A DNA stretch of 64,000 nucleotides from Octopus vulgaris (taxonomy: Eukaryota). Position 1 is the stretch's first letter, and each line of letters starts with the position of its first letter. Positions 26,701-40,308 of the stretch are shown here, piece after piece. The position numbers were made by a program, and so were the translations under genes. Below the pieces are notes generated by a model that was not told where the DNA came from, made no database searches, and was given only the letters and a program-made list of their open reading frames with translations. The stretch spans positions 29,698,001 to 29,762,000 of the forward strand of contig OX597817.1 in NCBI GenBank assembly GCA_951406725.2. The letters run 5' to 3'.

Positions 26701-27949
26701 TCAGATTGAGTAAAAAGTAAGCAACGTTTTGAACCATGGAGAATGTGTATCGGATTTTGGCAGAATTTTGAATTTTTTAAAAACACTTTTGCAATTGTCT
26801 GATAGAGACATAGACTTGCCCAAATGCATCAATAAATTAACATTGATATTTTTTCACCGTTGTTACAAGCATCTGAAATGAAACTGTCAAAGTGCGGTAT
26901 TCGAGAAATTTTGCTCTTCAACTTCAAAACAGGACGTAAAGCAGCCGAAACTGCTCGCGATATCAACGAAGCGTTTGGTATGGAAATGACCAGTGAGTGG
27001 TGAGCTCGAAAATGGCTCAAACGATTTCGCAGTGGAGACCTGAACCTTGAAGATGGTGAGCCTAGTAGACGCCTATCTGTCATCGATGAAGGTCAATGAA
27101 AGACCTTCATTGAAAAAGATCCACGTAAAATCCACTCGGGAACTGGCAAAAGAACTTCAAGTTAGCTAGAAAACTGCCTGCAACCATTTTCATGCGATCG
27201 GAAAATCAAAAAGGCTCGACAAATGGGTACCACACGATTTGAATGAAAACCAGAAAGTGCACAGATATGAAATTTGCTCGTCATTTTTTCTCCGTAACCA
27301 GACTGATCCGTATTGTAACTTGTGATGAAAAGTTGATTCTGTACAATATTAAAAAAAAAAAAATGTTCTTAGCAGTGGTTGGACCAAAATGAAGCACCGA
27401 AAACCCTCCCTAAACCCGAGGTCTTCAAAAAGGTGGTGTACTGCTGGACTCATTCACTATAACTTCTTAAAATTCGGAAAAATTATCAATGCAGAAACAT
27501 ATTGTCATCAAATTGCCAAAATTAACGAAAAACTGCTACTCCTCCGTCCCAGACTGGTCAATAGAAGAGGATCAATTATTCATCAGGACAATGCTTGATG
27601 GCATGTTGTACTAATGACATCCAGTAAATGAGTGAAATTGGCCACGAAGTTCTTCCCCATCCAGCTTATTTCCCAGACCTTTCTCCTATCGACTACCACG
27701 TTTTCAAGCACCATGATGGTTTCCTGCGAGAGAAGAAGTTCAAAAATTAAATCGATGCTGAAAGTGCGTTCAAAGAGTTCATCTGCTCTAGAACTCCAGG
27801 TGTTTATGTTACCGGAATAAACAAACTTGTAACTCCTTAACAAAAATGTGTTGATTGTAATGGTACTTACTTTCAGAAATAAAATTTCCGCATTGTTGAA
27901 ATATATTGTGAGGAATTTCAAAAGGTTGTTTACTTTTTACTCAGTCCGA
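26701..27949 (+). mobile_element. Full-length inactive mariner (cecropia/Hsmar1-like), 1249 bp
   Basis: TIRs of about 32 bp (tcagattgagtaaaaagtaagcaacgttttgaa and ttcaaaaggttgtttactttttactcagtccga) flanked by TA. Confidence 0.95.
26878..27882 (+). pseudogene. Mariner transposase pseudogene
   Basis: MKLSKCGIREILLFNFKTGRKAAETARDINEAFG, WVPHDL, TCDEK, HQDNA, ending KCVDCNGTYFQK*. Multiple stops and frameshifts. Confidence 0.92.
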
Positions 27950-29158
27950 TAGATTTCTTAGAGATATGTGCAGTGTTCTTAGTTTTATATTAAAAAAAGT
28001 TAGGAAAATTTGAGTTGTTAACTTGCTATCCATATACGTAATGCGAAACTAATATTTTGAATCTAAGATTAGATCACAGTTTCCGTTATCTATAAGCTTA
28101 CTATTTTAAAACGATAGCGAATTGATCTTAAAGTTTGTTTTACGTTTTTAATTGATTTTTTGAAATGCTGGACACTTCGATTTTCTCTGACGTACAAACT
28201 TAAATTCAGTGCCTTACAATATGACTGTTATAGTTGGATGCCGCCAATGCTTCGGGCACCATTTATGAATTTAATCTCAATAGTGTCAATTTTAAGTAAA
28301 GACAGACCTTAAGGCAACATTTATTAATTGGTTCTAATTATGATAAAGTACCAAATTTAATTATTATGTATTTCTTACAAAGACCAAAATTGAAACTTTA
28401 AATTCAATATAAGTTATGAATCAAACCACTAAGTTCATTTTACATTTCAATATCTCTCTAAAAGTTGATGCCATAGAAAATGAATTTCGATTTTTAACAA
28501 GTGATACAATTGATATACGAGAAATATCAGTTTCCATTGACACGGCACGGGTTAAACTTTTACATGAAGAGCGATTTCATTCATTGAATACAGCACAGAA
28601 TACTATACGAGCGTAATTTACCGAGCTTAGCAGTAATGCGTGGTAAAGATGATGCGGCAGAACTCAAACCCGTATCATAGGGAGACACACTGAAATTATA
28701 CAAGGTTGGTCACTTTCGTGTAATTGAAATATCAATAAATGAACAATATTGAAAAGCTGAATCGCTTTAAATTTAATCTAAATCTATCGAAAACATTACA
28801 CAGCACTTCAAAAGCAACAGATACTTCGCAATACGTCTGTCATATGTACACAAATAATTATTTCATTTACATAAGCACACCTTGCTTATTTACGTTTGTG
28901 TAAATGTCTATGACTGCCTATCACACTCTCGCACACACACACTGACGCGTATGCATACATACGTACATACATATGCATGCATATATACATGCATATATAC
29001 ACACACGCACGCAACACGCACACACATATTTATACATATATGTAAATTTATATTTACACTGATACATATATATACATACGTGCACATATGTGCATAGGCG
29101 TGACGGGTGTTACGTATATAAGTTTGTCTATGCTTGTGTGCAGAAATACATATGTCTT

Positions 29159-29461
29159 CGAGCTGGCAGAATCGTTAGCACACCGGGCGAAATGCTTAAC
29201 AGTATTTCGTCTGCCGCTACGTTCTGAGTTCAAATTCCGCCGAGGTCGAGTTTGCCCTTCATCTTTTCGATGTCGATTAAATAAGTACCAGTTACGCACT
29301 GGGGCCGATATAATCGACTTTATCCGATTGTCTGTCCTTGTTTGTCCTCTCTGTGTTTAGCCCCTTTGTGGGTAGTAAAGAAATAGGTATTTCGTCTGCC
29401 GCTACGTTCTGAGTTCAAATTCCGCCGAGGTCGACTTTGCCTTGTGGGCAGTAAAGAAATA
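29159..29461 (+). mobile_element. SINE family B, one full unit plus one internally deleted unit, with TSD
   Basis: 14-bp TSD agaaatacatatgt at 29142-29155 and 29462-29475. Confidence 0.9.
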
Positions 29462-29692
29462 AGAAATACATATGTGTTTGCGTGTGTGCTCACGTCTGTG
29501 AGTGCGGCGTGCGTGAGTATGTGTGTGTGTGAGAGAGAGAAAGAGAAAGAGAGAGAAAGAGTGAGAGAGGAAGAGAGAGAGAGAGTAAACTTTTGTTCTT
29601 TAGTATATTTTAGCCATCGCGTGCTGAAGCGCTACATTCAACGCATAGAATGCGTAATCATTTTTGAAATATGTGTAGATAGATATTAGTAT

Positions 29693-30062
29693 GGAAGCAC
29701 TCCGTCGGTTACGACGATGAGGGTTCCGGTTGATCCGAATCAACGGAACAGCCTGCTCGTGAAATTAACGTGTAAGTGGCTGAGCACTCCACAGACACGT
29801 ATACCCTTAACGTAATTCTCGGGGATATTCAGCGTGACACAGAGAGTGACAAGGCCGGCCCCTTGAAATACAGGTACAACAGAAACAGGAAGTAAGAGTG
29901 AGAGAAAGTTGTGGTGAAAGAGTACAGCAGGGATCACCACCATCCCCTGCCGGAGCCTCGTGGAGCTTTAGGTGTTTTCGCTCAATAAACACTCTCAACG
30001 CCCGGTCTGGGAATCTAAACCGCGAGTCCGCTGCCCTAACCACTGGGCCATTGCGCCTCCAC
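29693..30062 (-). mobile_element. tRNA SINE family C, tail variant 2, with TSD
   Basis: Head ggaggcgcaatggcccagtggttagg on the minus strand. 12-bp TSD agatattagtat at 29681-29692 and 30063-30074. Confidence 0.9.
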
Positions 30063-31700
30063 AGATATTAGTATACTACTTGTATTTAAGTTCACAATAG
30101 TAAATGACTAAGTTCAGTTCTTAAGACATCTTTTATGACTTTCGTGGTTCACCATTATCTGAGTGGGATGCCAAAACAAGGACTCAAGAATGGAGAAGCA
30201 TATTCATTTTATTCCCGTCTCTCGATTGCTGAACATGCGTATATTATAATTTAAATGAATGCAAATATTGCTTCAAGCTCAAAACATCATACTTCGTATT
30301 AGACATTATCCTTGTGGCTTCCTACTTCGTTTTGAGGTCGTACCCCGCCCTCCGCCGTCTGATGATGCTGTAGTACTAGTTAAATTACGTAGAAGTTGGC
30401 AGTATTTGGTGTGTTGGAGGTAGCATATTACCAGCAGTAATCGCTTGAGACATAGGTGATGCTAACGTGTTTCAACAAAGAATTACATAAGCTACCGCTT
30501 TTGCGAGATCAGGAGATGCTGGTGATGTCAGTCCATTGATGATATTATCATCATTAACAGATATTTCTAATAGTACGAATCAACGTGCGTATACCGGAAA
30601 TTTTATTATATCGTTTCTGCAATAACGTTTTGTCTCAATTTCCTGTTTAGTGGTTTCTTTGTTGGAGATAACTTGCATGCACCAGATGCTGCATGATATT
30701 TGTAAACTTGATATGATTGCATGGAAGTTTATCTGGCAATTAACTAAAAACTCGCAAGCAAAAATCGAGAAACTTTGAAAAAGATTTAACTGCAACGGCT
30801 TATTGTCAGTGACAAGTATAAAAAATTCTTCGAGTAAAAATATACCTCAGTCTTTCAACATACCATGCCACAGTTTAGCTTCCACATTCAATATTTCTAA
30901 AAATTTATCTTTGATTATTAAGGGAATGACTAAAATATGCTGTAGGCTTACTATTTTGTTGCCGGAACCTCATCAGTTGAGAGTTATTCCACAATCAATA
31001 ATGAATGTTGCCAAAACAAGGTATTGTGCAAGTTTTTTATCATCTTAAAGATGTATTTTTGATGCATTCCCAAAATGGGGACAATGACTTTTGCTCTGCA
31101 GTGATAATAACTTATCTTTTGAAGCAAAACTCTTCCAGCCCCAAATACCTCTAGATTTAATTCATAGTAAGAAGTTAAATTTCTATCAGTAGGTTTGATG
31201 ATTAATTGCTTTTGCTTACTCCAAACCCAGAATGATAGATTATGTTGCATCAGTATCCGTTTTTATTTTAGCTTGATAAATTTGCAGTTTACAATTACTC
31301 TCATGTAGAATGTCATTTGTTGTATAATATTCGAGGCTATGTCATCATCGTTAGTCTATTTAAGACCCACACTTTTATTATTATCACTAGAAGAATACAA
31401 TAATTGTCAGCTGCGGAACTAATTGCAATGGATAAAGTTACCACAATTATATTTCATATCAAAAAGTAAGCGTGAAGGATGTGATTATTGAGTATTGATG
31501 CAAATTTTAATCTGATCTCTTATAGGTTCTTGGTGTTTACTGACTTTTTCTTGATAAGAAACTGTGCTAGCATTGTAAAATACATTGAAATTTATAACTT
31601 GGTGTGTTAGGTTCATTCTAGAGTAAATGCTCTGTGATTTCATGATTAAAACACGACTGGCCGCGTCTGAAATTGGCGCTAGGGTCGAATTTCATACACA

Positions 31701-32132
31701 TGTAGTGACGCCATCTTGGAAATCTTCAGCGCGCACGCGCAGGGTTGGAGTCTTCCGGAAGGCCTGCCGGAAGTTCCCTCATGCACATACGCAGAAAACT
31801 AGCAGCAACGAATTTCTCTTGTATCTCTCTCTTTTGACGCTAGCAGCTGAACGATACAGACGTGTCTCTAGCAGCTCTCTCGGGCTGCTACCGCGTGGTG
31901 CATCCCCGCTATGCTTGAGCGGGTAGGATTGACTCACTCAACTAGATTACTGCCAATAAGCTCCTAGGTTGCCGATTCACCCAGAGGAATGAAATGTTTA
32001 TATTGCGAATCAAAGAATAAATATTTATACTCATGAAGTTAACGGACAATCTTGACTCTTTCTTCAATTAATATTTGGTGTAAAGGATGCGAGCTGTACC
32101 CATCCAGTGCGGGAATCTCTCATCCTGTTACA
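31701..32132 (+). mobile_element. Probable solo LTR (432 bp)
   Basis: TGTA...TACA termini, flanks caca/cact (4-bp TSD with one mismatch), AATAAA near 32017, CpG-rich against the AT-rich background. Confidence 0.6.
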
Positions 32133-33000
32133 CACTTTTTGTCTGAGAACAAATGGTTCGTATACTACAAAACAGATTTTTATGCACTGCTTCTCGAACA
32201 ACTTTGATTTTCATTAAGAGTCATACACATTAAGTCTTAGCTGGAAACCATAAGCTAGTTCTTGCTTTCAACTCAGAATATTTAAATTCCGAGTTAAATA
32301 CCACAAGGCATTTAGTCCGATGTGCTAACGGGTTTCCTAACCTACCAATCTATGAGAGCTATATACAGTGTATTTTATGAACTTAGATTCTTGGAATGTA
32401 ATGTTTACGATTTCTCTTTATTTATTTATACAAACAAGCCTGTGTCGGTGCCTTGGTTAACAAACTTCTTGTGTCAATCTATCGCCACTTAAATGACATT
32501 GCTCGTGTAAAATTTGCTTTATGTTTTCTCGGTGATTGTTCTTAGCTTCTGAATTTAAGAGACGTAGCGAGCAACTCCGGTGAACAATAATATATATATA
32601 TACGAAACCTGTGAGAAGTGATTTCTCACTCCACTCAGCTACTAAAAATTCACAGATTAAATTTTCACAATAAAATATATATGTTTATTAAATAAATCGT
32701 TTATGATTTACGTACGGACTGAAACACACATCCATGCACACATACACATTAATAAAACAGTTATTACATAATATTTTTTTTAGTGTTGCGATTTATTAGA
32801 AATGGGAAAAAACCATGAATACGAATAAACCAGCATCATTTATTTATTTATTGTTGTTTTCGATCCTACTTTCAATTTAATATATACACGTTAATATACG
32901 TATGGGATTGTATAAATGTGTATGTGTGTTTGTACACATTTGTGTGTCGGTATGTGTGTATATATGTGTGTGAGTTTGCGTGCGTGTATATATATACATG

Positions 33001-33059
<59 letters not shown>

Positions 33060-34194
33060 GTTTATATATATATCATACATATGTATATATATTCATGTAT
33101 TTATATGTGCGTGTTTGTGTTTATGGGTGTATGCTTGTGGAGTTAGTGTTTGCATTCGAGTGTATATTTGTATGTATATTCGTTTGTGTATTAGAGTAGT
33201 TGATGCGTGAATGGTGTGAGAATATCGTTGTATGTGTGAATTTCTATGAGTATATTAGTGTGTATCAGTATGAGTTATTGTAGATATCAATTTATCACAA
33301 CAAATATTCATTTCTCACTAATTTCTAAATACGTTTATTTGCAATTTGTTTGTTTCCTTTTTTTTATCCATGAAAAACTATTCATCCATTTGAAGAATTT
33401 CATTTAAAATACAATATTTTTCTTTATATTTTCACAGAGTTGTTAGCTTCACTGTTGTACTCTTACAGTTAAGCTATTAATATCAAAACAGATGACCAAT
33501 TGTTTTCATATATATCTCTTCTTTCTATTTCATTTGTTTGTTAGTTTGTTTGTTGTTTTTTTGCTGTTAGTGATATTTTCATTTTGAATTATCAAATACT
33601 ATGGTAGAATAAATAAAAATTTAATGCTATAAAGATTGAAATATCATCTTCTACAAGAGCAAGCTAAGTTGTTGTTTCTCTCATAATATACAATCTTGGC
33701 ATGTTTGCTGAGATATGTTTTATGGCCATTATATCAACGTGTTAACATCTTAGCAGTCGTTCGATCTATCGGAAATAACATCCAAATCACTCTAAACCAC
33801 AGCCTGCTGGTTTCAAAAATACAGAATACTTTGAAATAATATGGGCCTAGGTACGCTATGTTGCAATGAAGGGATGGGAAGGTCGCGACTGCAATGCCTT
33901 TGATCACAGACATACTGATATAAGGTTAAACAACGCTAACAAACCATCACCATCAATACCACCAACAACAAAATTAGCACATCTTTTCTCAAAATTGTTT
34001 GTCATATTTTTCTGTTCTTTTCTTCAATAATTTTGTTTTTGTTTTCTCCTTTCTTTGCATTCTTTATTTTTGTTTTTGTGTTTTTTTTTTTTACTCTTTC
34101 TTTTGTTCATATTTTTAAACTCATATTTTGCTTCACTCTTACAAGAACATTTTTTTCTTCTTTTTTTTTATTCATTTTCGTCTCTTTATTTTAG

Positions 34195-34258
34195 GATGTT
34201 TCCGTGATACTTTATCACTTTTATTCATTCTTAAGCATTTAAGTTCATTAACGTTAAA
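34195..34258 (+). other. Candidate 64-nt internal exon
   Basis: Preceded by a pyrimidine-rich tract of about 190 nt ending ttttAG and followed by GTAAGT. One frame is open (CFRDTLSLLFILKHLSSLTL); no recognisable homology. Confidence 0.25.
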
Positions 34259-34788
34259 GTAAGTTCCTTTCAAAGCTGAAATAATTAAAGTAGTATTGGA
34301 TAGTATTAGTTGTTGACTCATGTTCTTATTTTCCTCTCCGCATAATCATTTCTTGTTAGCTTTCAAAATGCTTTCTGTATTAATTATGCTCCAACACTAA
34401 CTTAAGTATTGTTTTGTATGTAGATGGTGTCTCTAGTTATTTATCCTCTAAACAATTCTATTTTTTTTGCACCAGCTAATGTATATTAATGGACATTTAC
34501 ATAGAAATTCTCCCATCTTTAATTTGGTGAATACGATGAAATGTACGCATCAATGTTGAGATCATAAAAAACAGTGACGCATGTCCAAAGGTTACCCAAA
34601 TTTGCTCAAATAAAAAAAAAAAATTCAAGAAAGTTTTCTATTTTTCTAACTTATTAAGTATTTCTAACTAGCTTTCTAATGATCTCTGAATTAATTATGT
34701 TGACTATAAAAATTCATAAAATTTAACGTGTAAACTACGAAAGTACATTTTCTATTCAAGTACTAAAATCTCCATACAATGGTATGTG

Positions 34789-35157
34789 TATACATACATA
34801 CATACATACATACATACAAACATACATACATACATACATACAAACTTACATACATGCATACATACATACATGAATACATAGATACATACATACATACATA
34901 ATACAAATATACATGCATACATAAATAATACAAATATACATACATACATACATACATGCATACATTCAAACATACATACATACAAACATACATACATACA
35001 TACAAACATACATACATACATACATACAAACATACATACATACATACATACATACAAACATACATACATACATACAAACATACATACATACATACAAGCA
35101 TACATACATACATACATACATACATACATACATACATACATACTTACATACATACAT
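34789..35157. repeat. (TACA)n array
   Basis: Long catacata/catacaaa array. Confidence 0.95.
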
Positions 35158-35584
35158 GAACTGTTGAGGAATCTACAGTTACTCTATACGTATTATGAGT
35201 TAAGGTCTATACCTGTAATTATTGGAGCACTGGGATATATAACACACTGCCTAAATACCAATCTTCAGCAATTAGGCTTCTCAGAACCAGTAAGGAGAAA
35301 ACTGATTCGAAGACCACAGATTCAATCCATCACTGGAACTGTAAAAATCTGTAAAACATTCCTGAAGTTTATCATTTAAGTATATATGAGCATGTCTAAA
35401 CATGTAATAATATGCATCAGAATACATGCATAAAACAAAACATACAAATCTGCACATATATATATACATACATTCAAATATACCCTGTTGACTTTGAAAT
35501 TCCAATGAAGAAGCCTTGGATGTAGGTTAGAAACTGGCTCCTTCTCTTTTGGCGAGAAATCTTGAAATGAAACTGAATAATGAC
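35158..35584 (+). mobile_element. 5'-truncated R4/Dong-like LINE in a (TACA)n array
   Basis: LRNLQLLYTYYELRSIPVIIGALGYI...IQSITGTVKICKTFLKF resembles the C-terminus of restriction-like endonuclease LINEs. It is followed by a 3' UTR, and catacata repeats flank both sides. Confidence 0.75.
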
Positions 35585-36021
35585 ATACATACATTAAGTA
35601 TGTATGTGCATAAGCGGAATATATTTATATTTAGCCCATTTGAGTACACTCTTTGTGGAAAGACGTTCACTACGATAAATGTCTTGGAAGAAGAAATTTC
35701 CTTTTAGAAAATGCGGAAATTCACCTGAGCTAAGAATAATGTACTCGAACTGTAGGATACGTGTTTCCGCATCGCTACGCTTCATCCGCTACAGACACGG
35801 ATTTCATCGTTTATAGACTACTAAGAACTGCCATTCATATATGTAAACGGCAAATAATATATTTGCTAGCGTTTGCAACGCTCATAATGCAAAGATAATT
35901 CAAATAAGCCCGTGTATATATCTACTTAATACGTTCGTATTATAGGTATGTGCGTATGTGTGTGTGTGAGAGAGAGAAAGAGAGAGAGAAAGAGCGTGTG
36001 TGTATGATTGTGTGTGTGTGA

Positions 36022-36066
<45 letters not shown>

Positions 36067-37159
36067 TGTGTGTGTGTGTGTGTGAGTGTGAGTGTGTGTG
36101 TGTGTGCGTGTGTGTGTGTGTGCGTGTGGTGTATGCGGTGAGTGTTGTCTTGGAAGGGAAAATCTCTTTACGGATAATGTGTGAAAGCACACTGAGCAAC
36201 ACATACGAATGATGCAGCAAAGATTTTTCAGCTGTTAGGCGTGCATAGACGTATTACGGGTGTCTACAATATTTTTTGATTATCACTGCGTATTATCTAC
36301 TACATGTGTGGAATTCTGTGGGTGTGTTTGTTTGTGGCGTTGTTATCTAACTCCTATATCATTTTATCGATTTTGATGAAACTTGACACGTGAGTAGACC
36401 TCATGTCTGGAAAACTAGTGACATACTTAGATTGTTGAAAACTCGATAATATGGCCCCTAGAAGGGATTCTTATATCTAATGCATATAACTAATATATTA
36501 TTTTTAAACATACACGGGAAATAGCCCATTCACTCCTGAAAGGGATCCTTATATATACCCAAGGGAAATAACCCATTCATGTTCGTAAACTATTTCGTAT
36601 AAATTAAAATGAGTATACTTATTTCTTAGTATCTGGACTATTTGAGTTATTTTCGCAATTTGTCCAATACAACGCTTAAACAAGTAATTAATATTTCCCT
36701 AAACAATTGATCCACATATTTCGGTTAGAGACTTATTCACGAATATACCAACACTAGTGCCGCTGAGGGTAATATTCTCTGTGAATGCACAAAAGCTTTT
36801 TCAGAGTTATTTACTTTGAATTGTTATTGTCTCATATCTGATTAGTCTGTTACTATGTAATATGCTTCACGATTTTAGTATACATAACTTATTAGTATTT
36901 CCTCCTAGTTCTATATAGACAGTTCGGTATTCTCAATAAATGCACAGAAACCGTTTTAAGGGCTACATACTTTGTATTATTGTTACTGGATTAGCGGGAA
37001 TTACCAGATACGTCACCTAGTATCCTAATATATACGTATACATACATATATAATACACACATAAATAGAATAGAGCGTAGAGTGATGGGAGAAGAGAAAA
37101 TATTAAATAAGCTTACAAGGTTATATTTCTCTAAACACACATTTAGTGTTGCCTCTAGA

Positions 37160-37650
37160 AAGTAGATATGGAACTGAATCCTGCTGCCATACATATGGCC
37201 TTCCAGCAGCAACCCTCCCCAACCAGAGATTGGACACAGTCTCCAACAGCTTTACATAGCCTCTGAAGCGAGCCTAACACTCTGTTCAAAGACGTGTGAA
37301 TTAAATCCAGAAGACCTGTTGTACCCTTTCCTGTTCGCTACAGCTTCGTAATCTTTATTGCAGCAGTCCATGTCACACCGTACAGCCTTTACAGTGTTCA
37401 CAGAACATTGATCAGCAGTCATGATATTAGCAAATTTGATACCCGACGTGAATCATCATCATACAAGTGATACAAGTAGCTCTTTTCCAATATTCAGATG
37501 GCTTCTACTCCTCTAAATCAGCTGACGTTTTCTTAACTGCAACTGTAATCGTTATGTTCTCCAATGCTGTTGGCAGTTCATCAACACACCAAGCTGTTTC
37601 TGAAAAAAGGAGATCTAAAAAAAATCGTCAAATTTAGCTCAGACACGCTG
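37160..37650 (-). mobile_element. maT/DD37D-like transposon, internally deleted
   Basis: Terminus TA-cagcgtgtctgagctaaatttgacg on the minus strand. Encodes KPSEYWKRA.., NTVKAVRCDMD..DYEAVANRK and VKLLETVSNLWLGRVAAGRPYVWQQDS. Confidence 0.75.
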
Positions 37651-38207
37651 TATATATTTTTTTTAGATTTTAGTAATTATACATTTTATGGTCTTTAGCA
37701 TTCATTATAGAGGTTGAGAAACAATACATATATTGTATATAGATCAGGATAGAACTTAGGTCTAATAGTTCTATTTACTATATGTGAGACTGAGTGCAAG
37801 AGTCTTGTTTGATTTAGTTGGACATTTCTGTCTAATTTACTGATCTTCAAATGCACGGGAAAAAAAAATCTCGTAAAAGATTTATTATTAAAAACAAATC
37901 AACGTATATAGCTCCCCACAATACTAATTCATAATAGATAAAAGAGAATTAAATTTAATTAAATGGTGAAAAAAATAATTATAATCTTGGGAATATCAAA
38001 CTCTTTCATCATAGTGTTGAATATTTGAAAGAACTTGGCCATAAATTTATTATGTCTCATAAATAATGACCCCACCAAATAAACCTATTACAATATATCA
38101 GTTCCCTTGATTGTTTCATCATTTACTTGAGAACAAACCATTTAGTATGTTCCAGATTGTAAGCATTTACTTCATGAAAGAAAAATTCAGATCAAAGACA
38201 GCAAAAT

Positions 38208-38224
38208 TTGTATCTATGTATGTG

Positions 38225-38256
<32 letters not shown>

Positions 38257-38370
38257 TGTATGTATGTATGTATGTATGTATGTATGTATGTATGTATGTA
38301 TGTATGTATGCATGTATGTATCTAGGTATGTATGAATTATATATGTATGTTCAATTTATTGTTTTGCTTT

Positions 38371-38460
<90 letters not shown>

Positions 38461-38730
38461 GTGTGTATATATATATATATATGCATACACATTATATACA
38501 TATATGTATATATATATATATATATGCATACACATTATATACATTTATGTATATATATATATATACATATTATATACATATATGTATATATATATATGTG
38601 TGTGCATGTTTCTCTCTCTTTCTCTCTCTCTCTCTCGCTCTCTCTCTCTCTCCCTCTCTTTGTCTTTCTGTATATACATATATGTGTGTATATGTATATA
38701 TGATATATGAGTATGTCTGTGTATATGTAA
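38208..38730. repeat. Compound (TATG)n/(TA)n/(CT)n microsatellite
   Basis: Direct inspection of the sequence. Confidence 0.95.
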
Positions 38731-40308
38731 ATATGCAAAAGAAAAAAAGAAAAAAAGAATTGAACAAAACTGTTCTAAAATATTGTTTATGTTAGCATGT
38801 TTAATGAACAAATGATGATGATGATGATGTCGATGACGACGACGATGATGAAAACAACAGCGATCATAGCAATGAGAATGCCAGTGCTGCCACTGCTGTC
38901 ATCACTACTGCCAACTACAATGACAATGTTAAATGCAACGATGACACATTACTCTGGGCATACATTTGGTTTTAAGGAATGATATATTCCATAAAAGGAA
39001 GAGCATATATCGATGATATATAATTCTCTCATTTGTAGATATAGTATTTTGCTTATTCAACTGACCTTTGGATTCATATAGTTTTCTTCTATCTGAGGTC
39101 TTGTCAGTGAATCTGATACAGGTATATTTTCTGAGTTTCAGGTTTAATAGTATTTTATCTTGCTAGTTTCTTTATTTCTAAACTTCTAGGAACATGTTAT
39201 CAGATCAAATAATCTAAAATACTGACAGATGAGAAAGCAAAAATATGGAAATAGTGGTAGACTGAAACATTTCCACTACTAACTCGAGTATAATTGAATA
39301 TTTTATTATGTAAAGAAGAATACTATACAAATCATCACATACCTAATATTGTTGTTTATATAATATTGGCTGGTTTGTTGTAGCATTGAGCTAGTCCAGT
39401 AAAGTGTCTGGATATAATTTACTGATCTATAGTATGAGCTTAGGTTTGATGTAGCCAAAAACCATTACTAGAATTGTGTTACATAACATTTAAGCCAAAT
39501 AGCTTAACTGAACTTCTTTTTAGACATATTTATGGGATAAATATTGGGATTCAGTTGAAATAAAAGCTAAAACTCCTCTCTAATGGGATTTCCCTTTTCT
39601 AGCTTCTTGAGTTCAAAATATTGCTCACTGAATTTCCTTCCAGTTAAGCACCATCTAAAATAAAAACAATACAAATATTTGTCAGAAATGTGGGACGAAA
39701 TTCATGAAATGTGATTTCATGTGTGCATGTAAGTTGTAATATTTTTGCTGTTTCAGCTTGTGAATGCATTAGAGATGCCTGATCAAAGAAAGATGATTCT
39801 TCTGTTTTCCACCAAAATATTAATTCACTCAGATATCCTGTATCACACATGAACAATTCCCTTCCCAATTCACTAAATTATGACTTTGGCATGAATGTTA
39901 TATAATATGTTAAAAGAGAAAAATAATTCAATACAAATATCATGTTTCCATGTTATAGGTATTGGAATGGTTATAAATCTGTTAATTTGTGTGTAATTCA
40001 GATATAGAAGAAAAGTATTTCGAAGATGTTGACTTCCTTGGTTTACATCAGAAAATGGTACATTCACAAAATACTATTATAATGGCTTGGAAGCTTCGAG
40101 TTAACATAATTACATCAAAGTAAATGTATGTGGACCTAACTTATATGCCATGTTAAATAATTACAGTGTTTCATACATGAGGAAATTAAGAAACTTATTT
40201 TCTGAGAAAAGCAGAGTCAGGCATAAAAGAAAAATATTTAAAAATAGAGAATTTTAAACTTATAATCTTTGAAATAAAAATGAATAGAGCAATATTCCTA
40301 TTGTATAA

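Noticed and set aside
30360-31330. Possible piggyBac-like transposase relic on the minus strand
   Set aside because: Only faint motif resemblance; no TTAA or TIR pair could be confirmed by eye.
36270-37020. Helitron/HINE-like segment (cgattttgatgaaacttgacac; ctag near 37017)
   Set aside because: No convincing terminal hairpin or second copy in the window.
37491-37610. Apparent minus-strand acceptor (ttttttcag) plus short open frame
   Set aside because: It lies in the 5' region of the maT-like transposon relic and is not a host exon.
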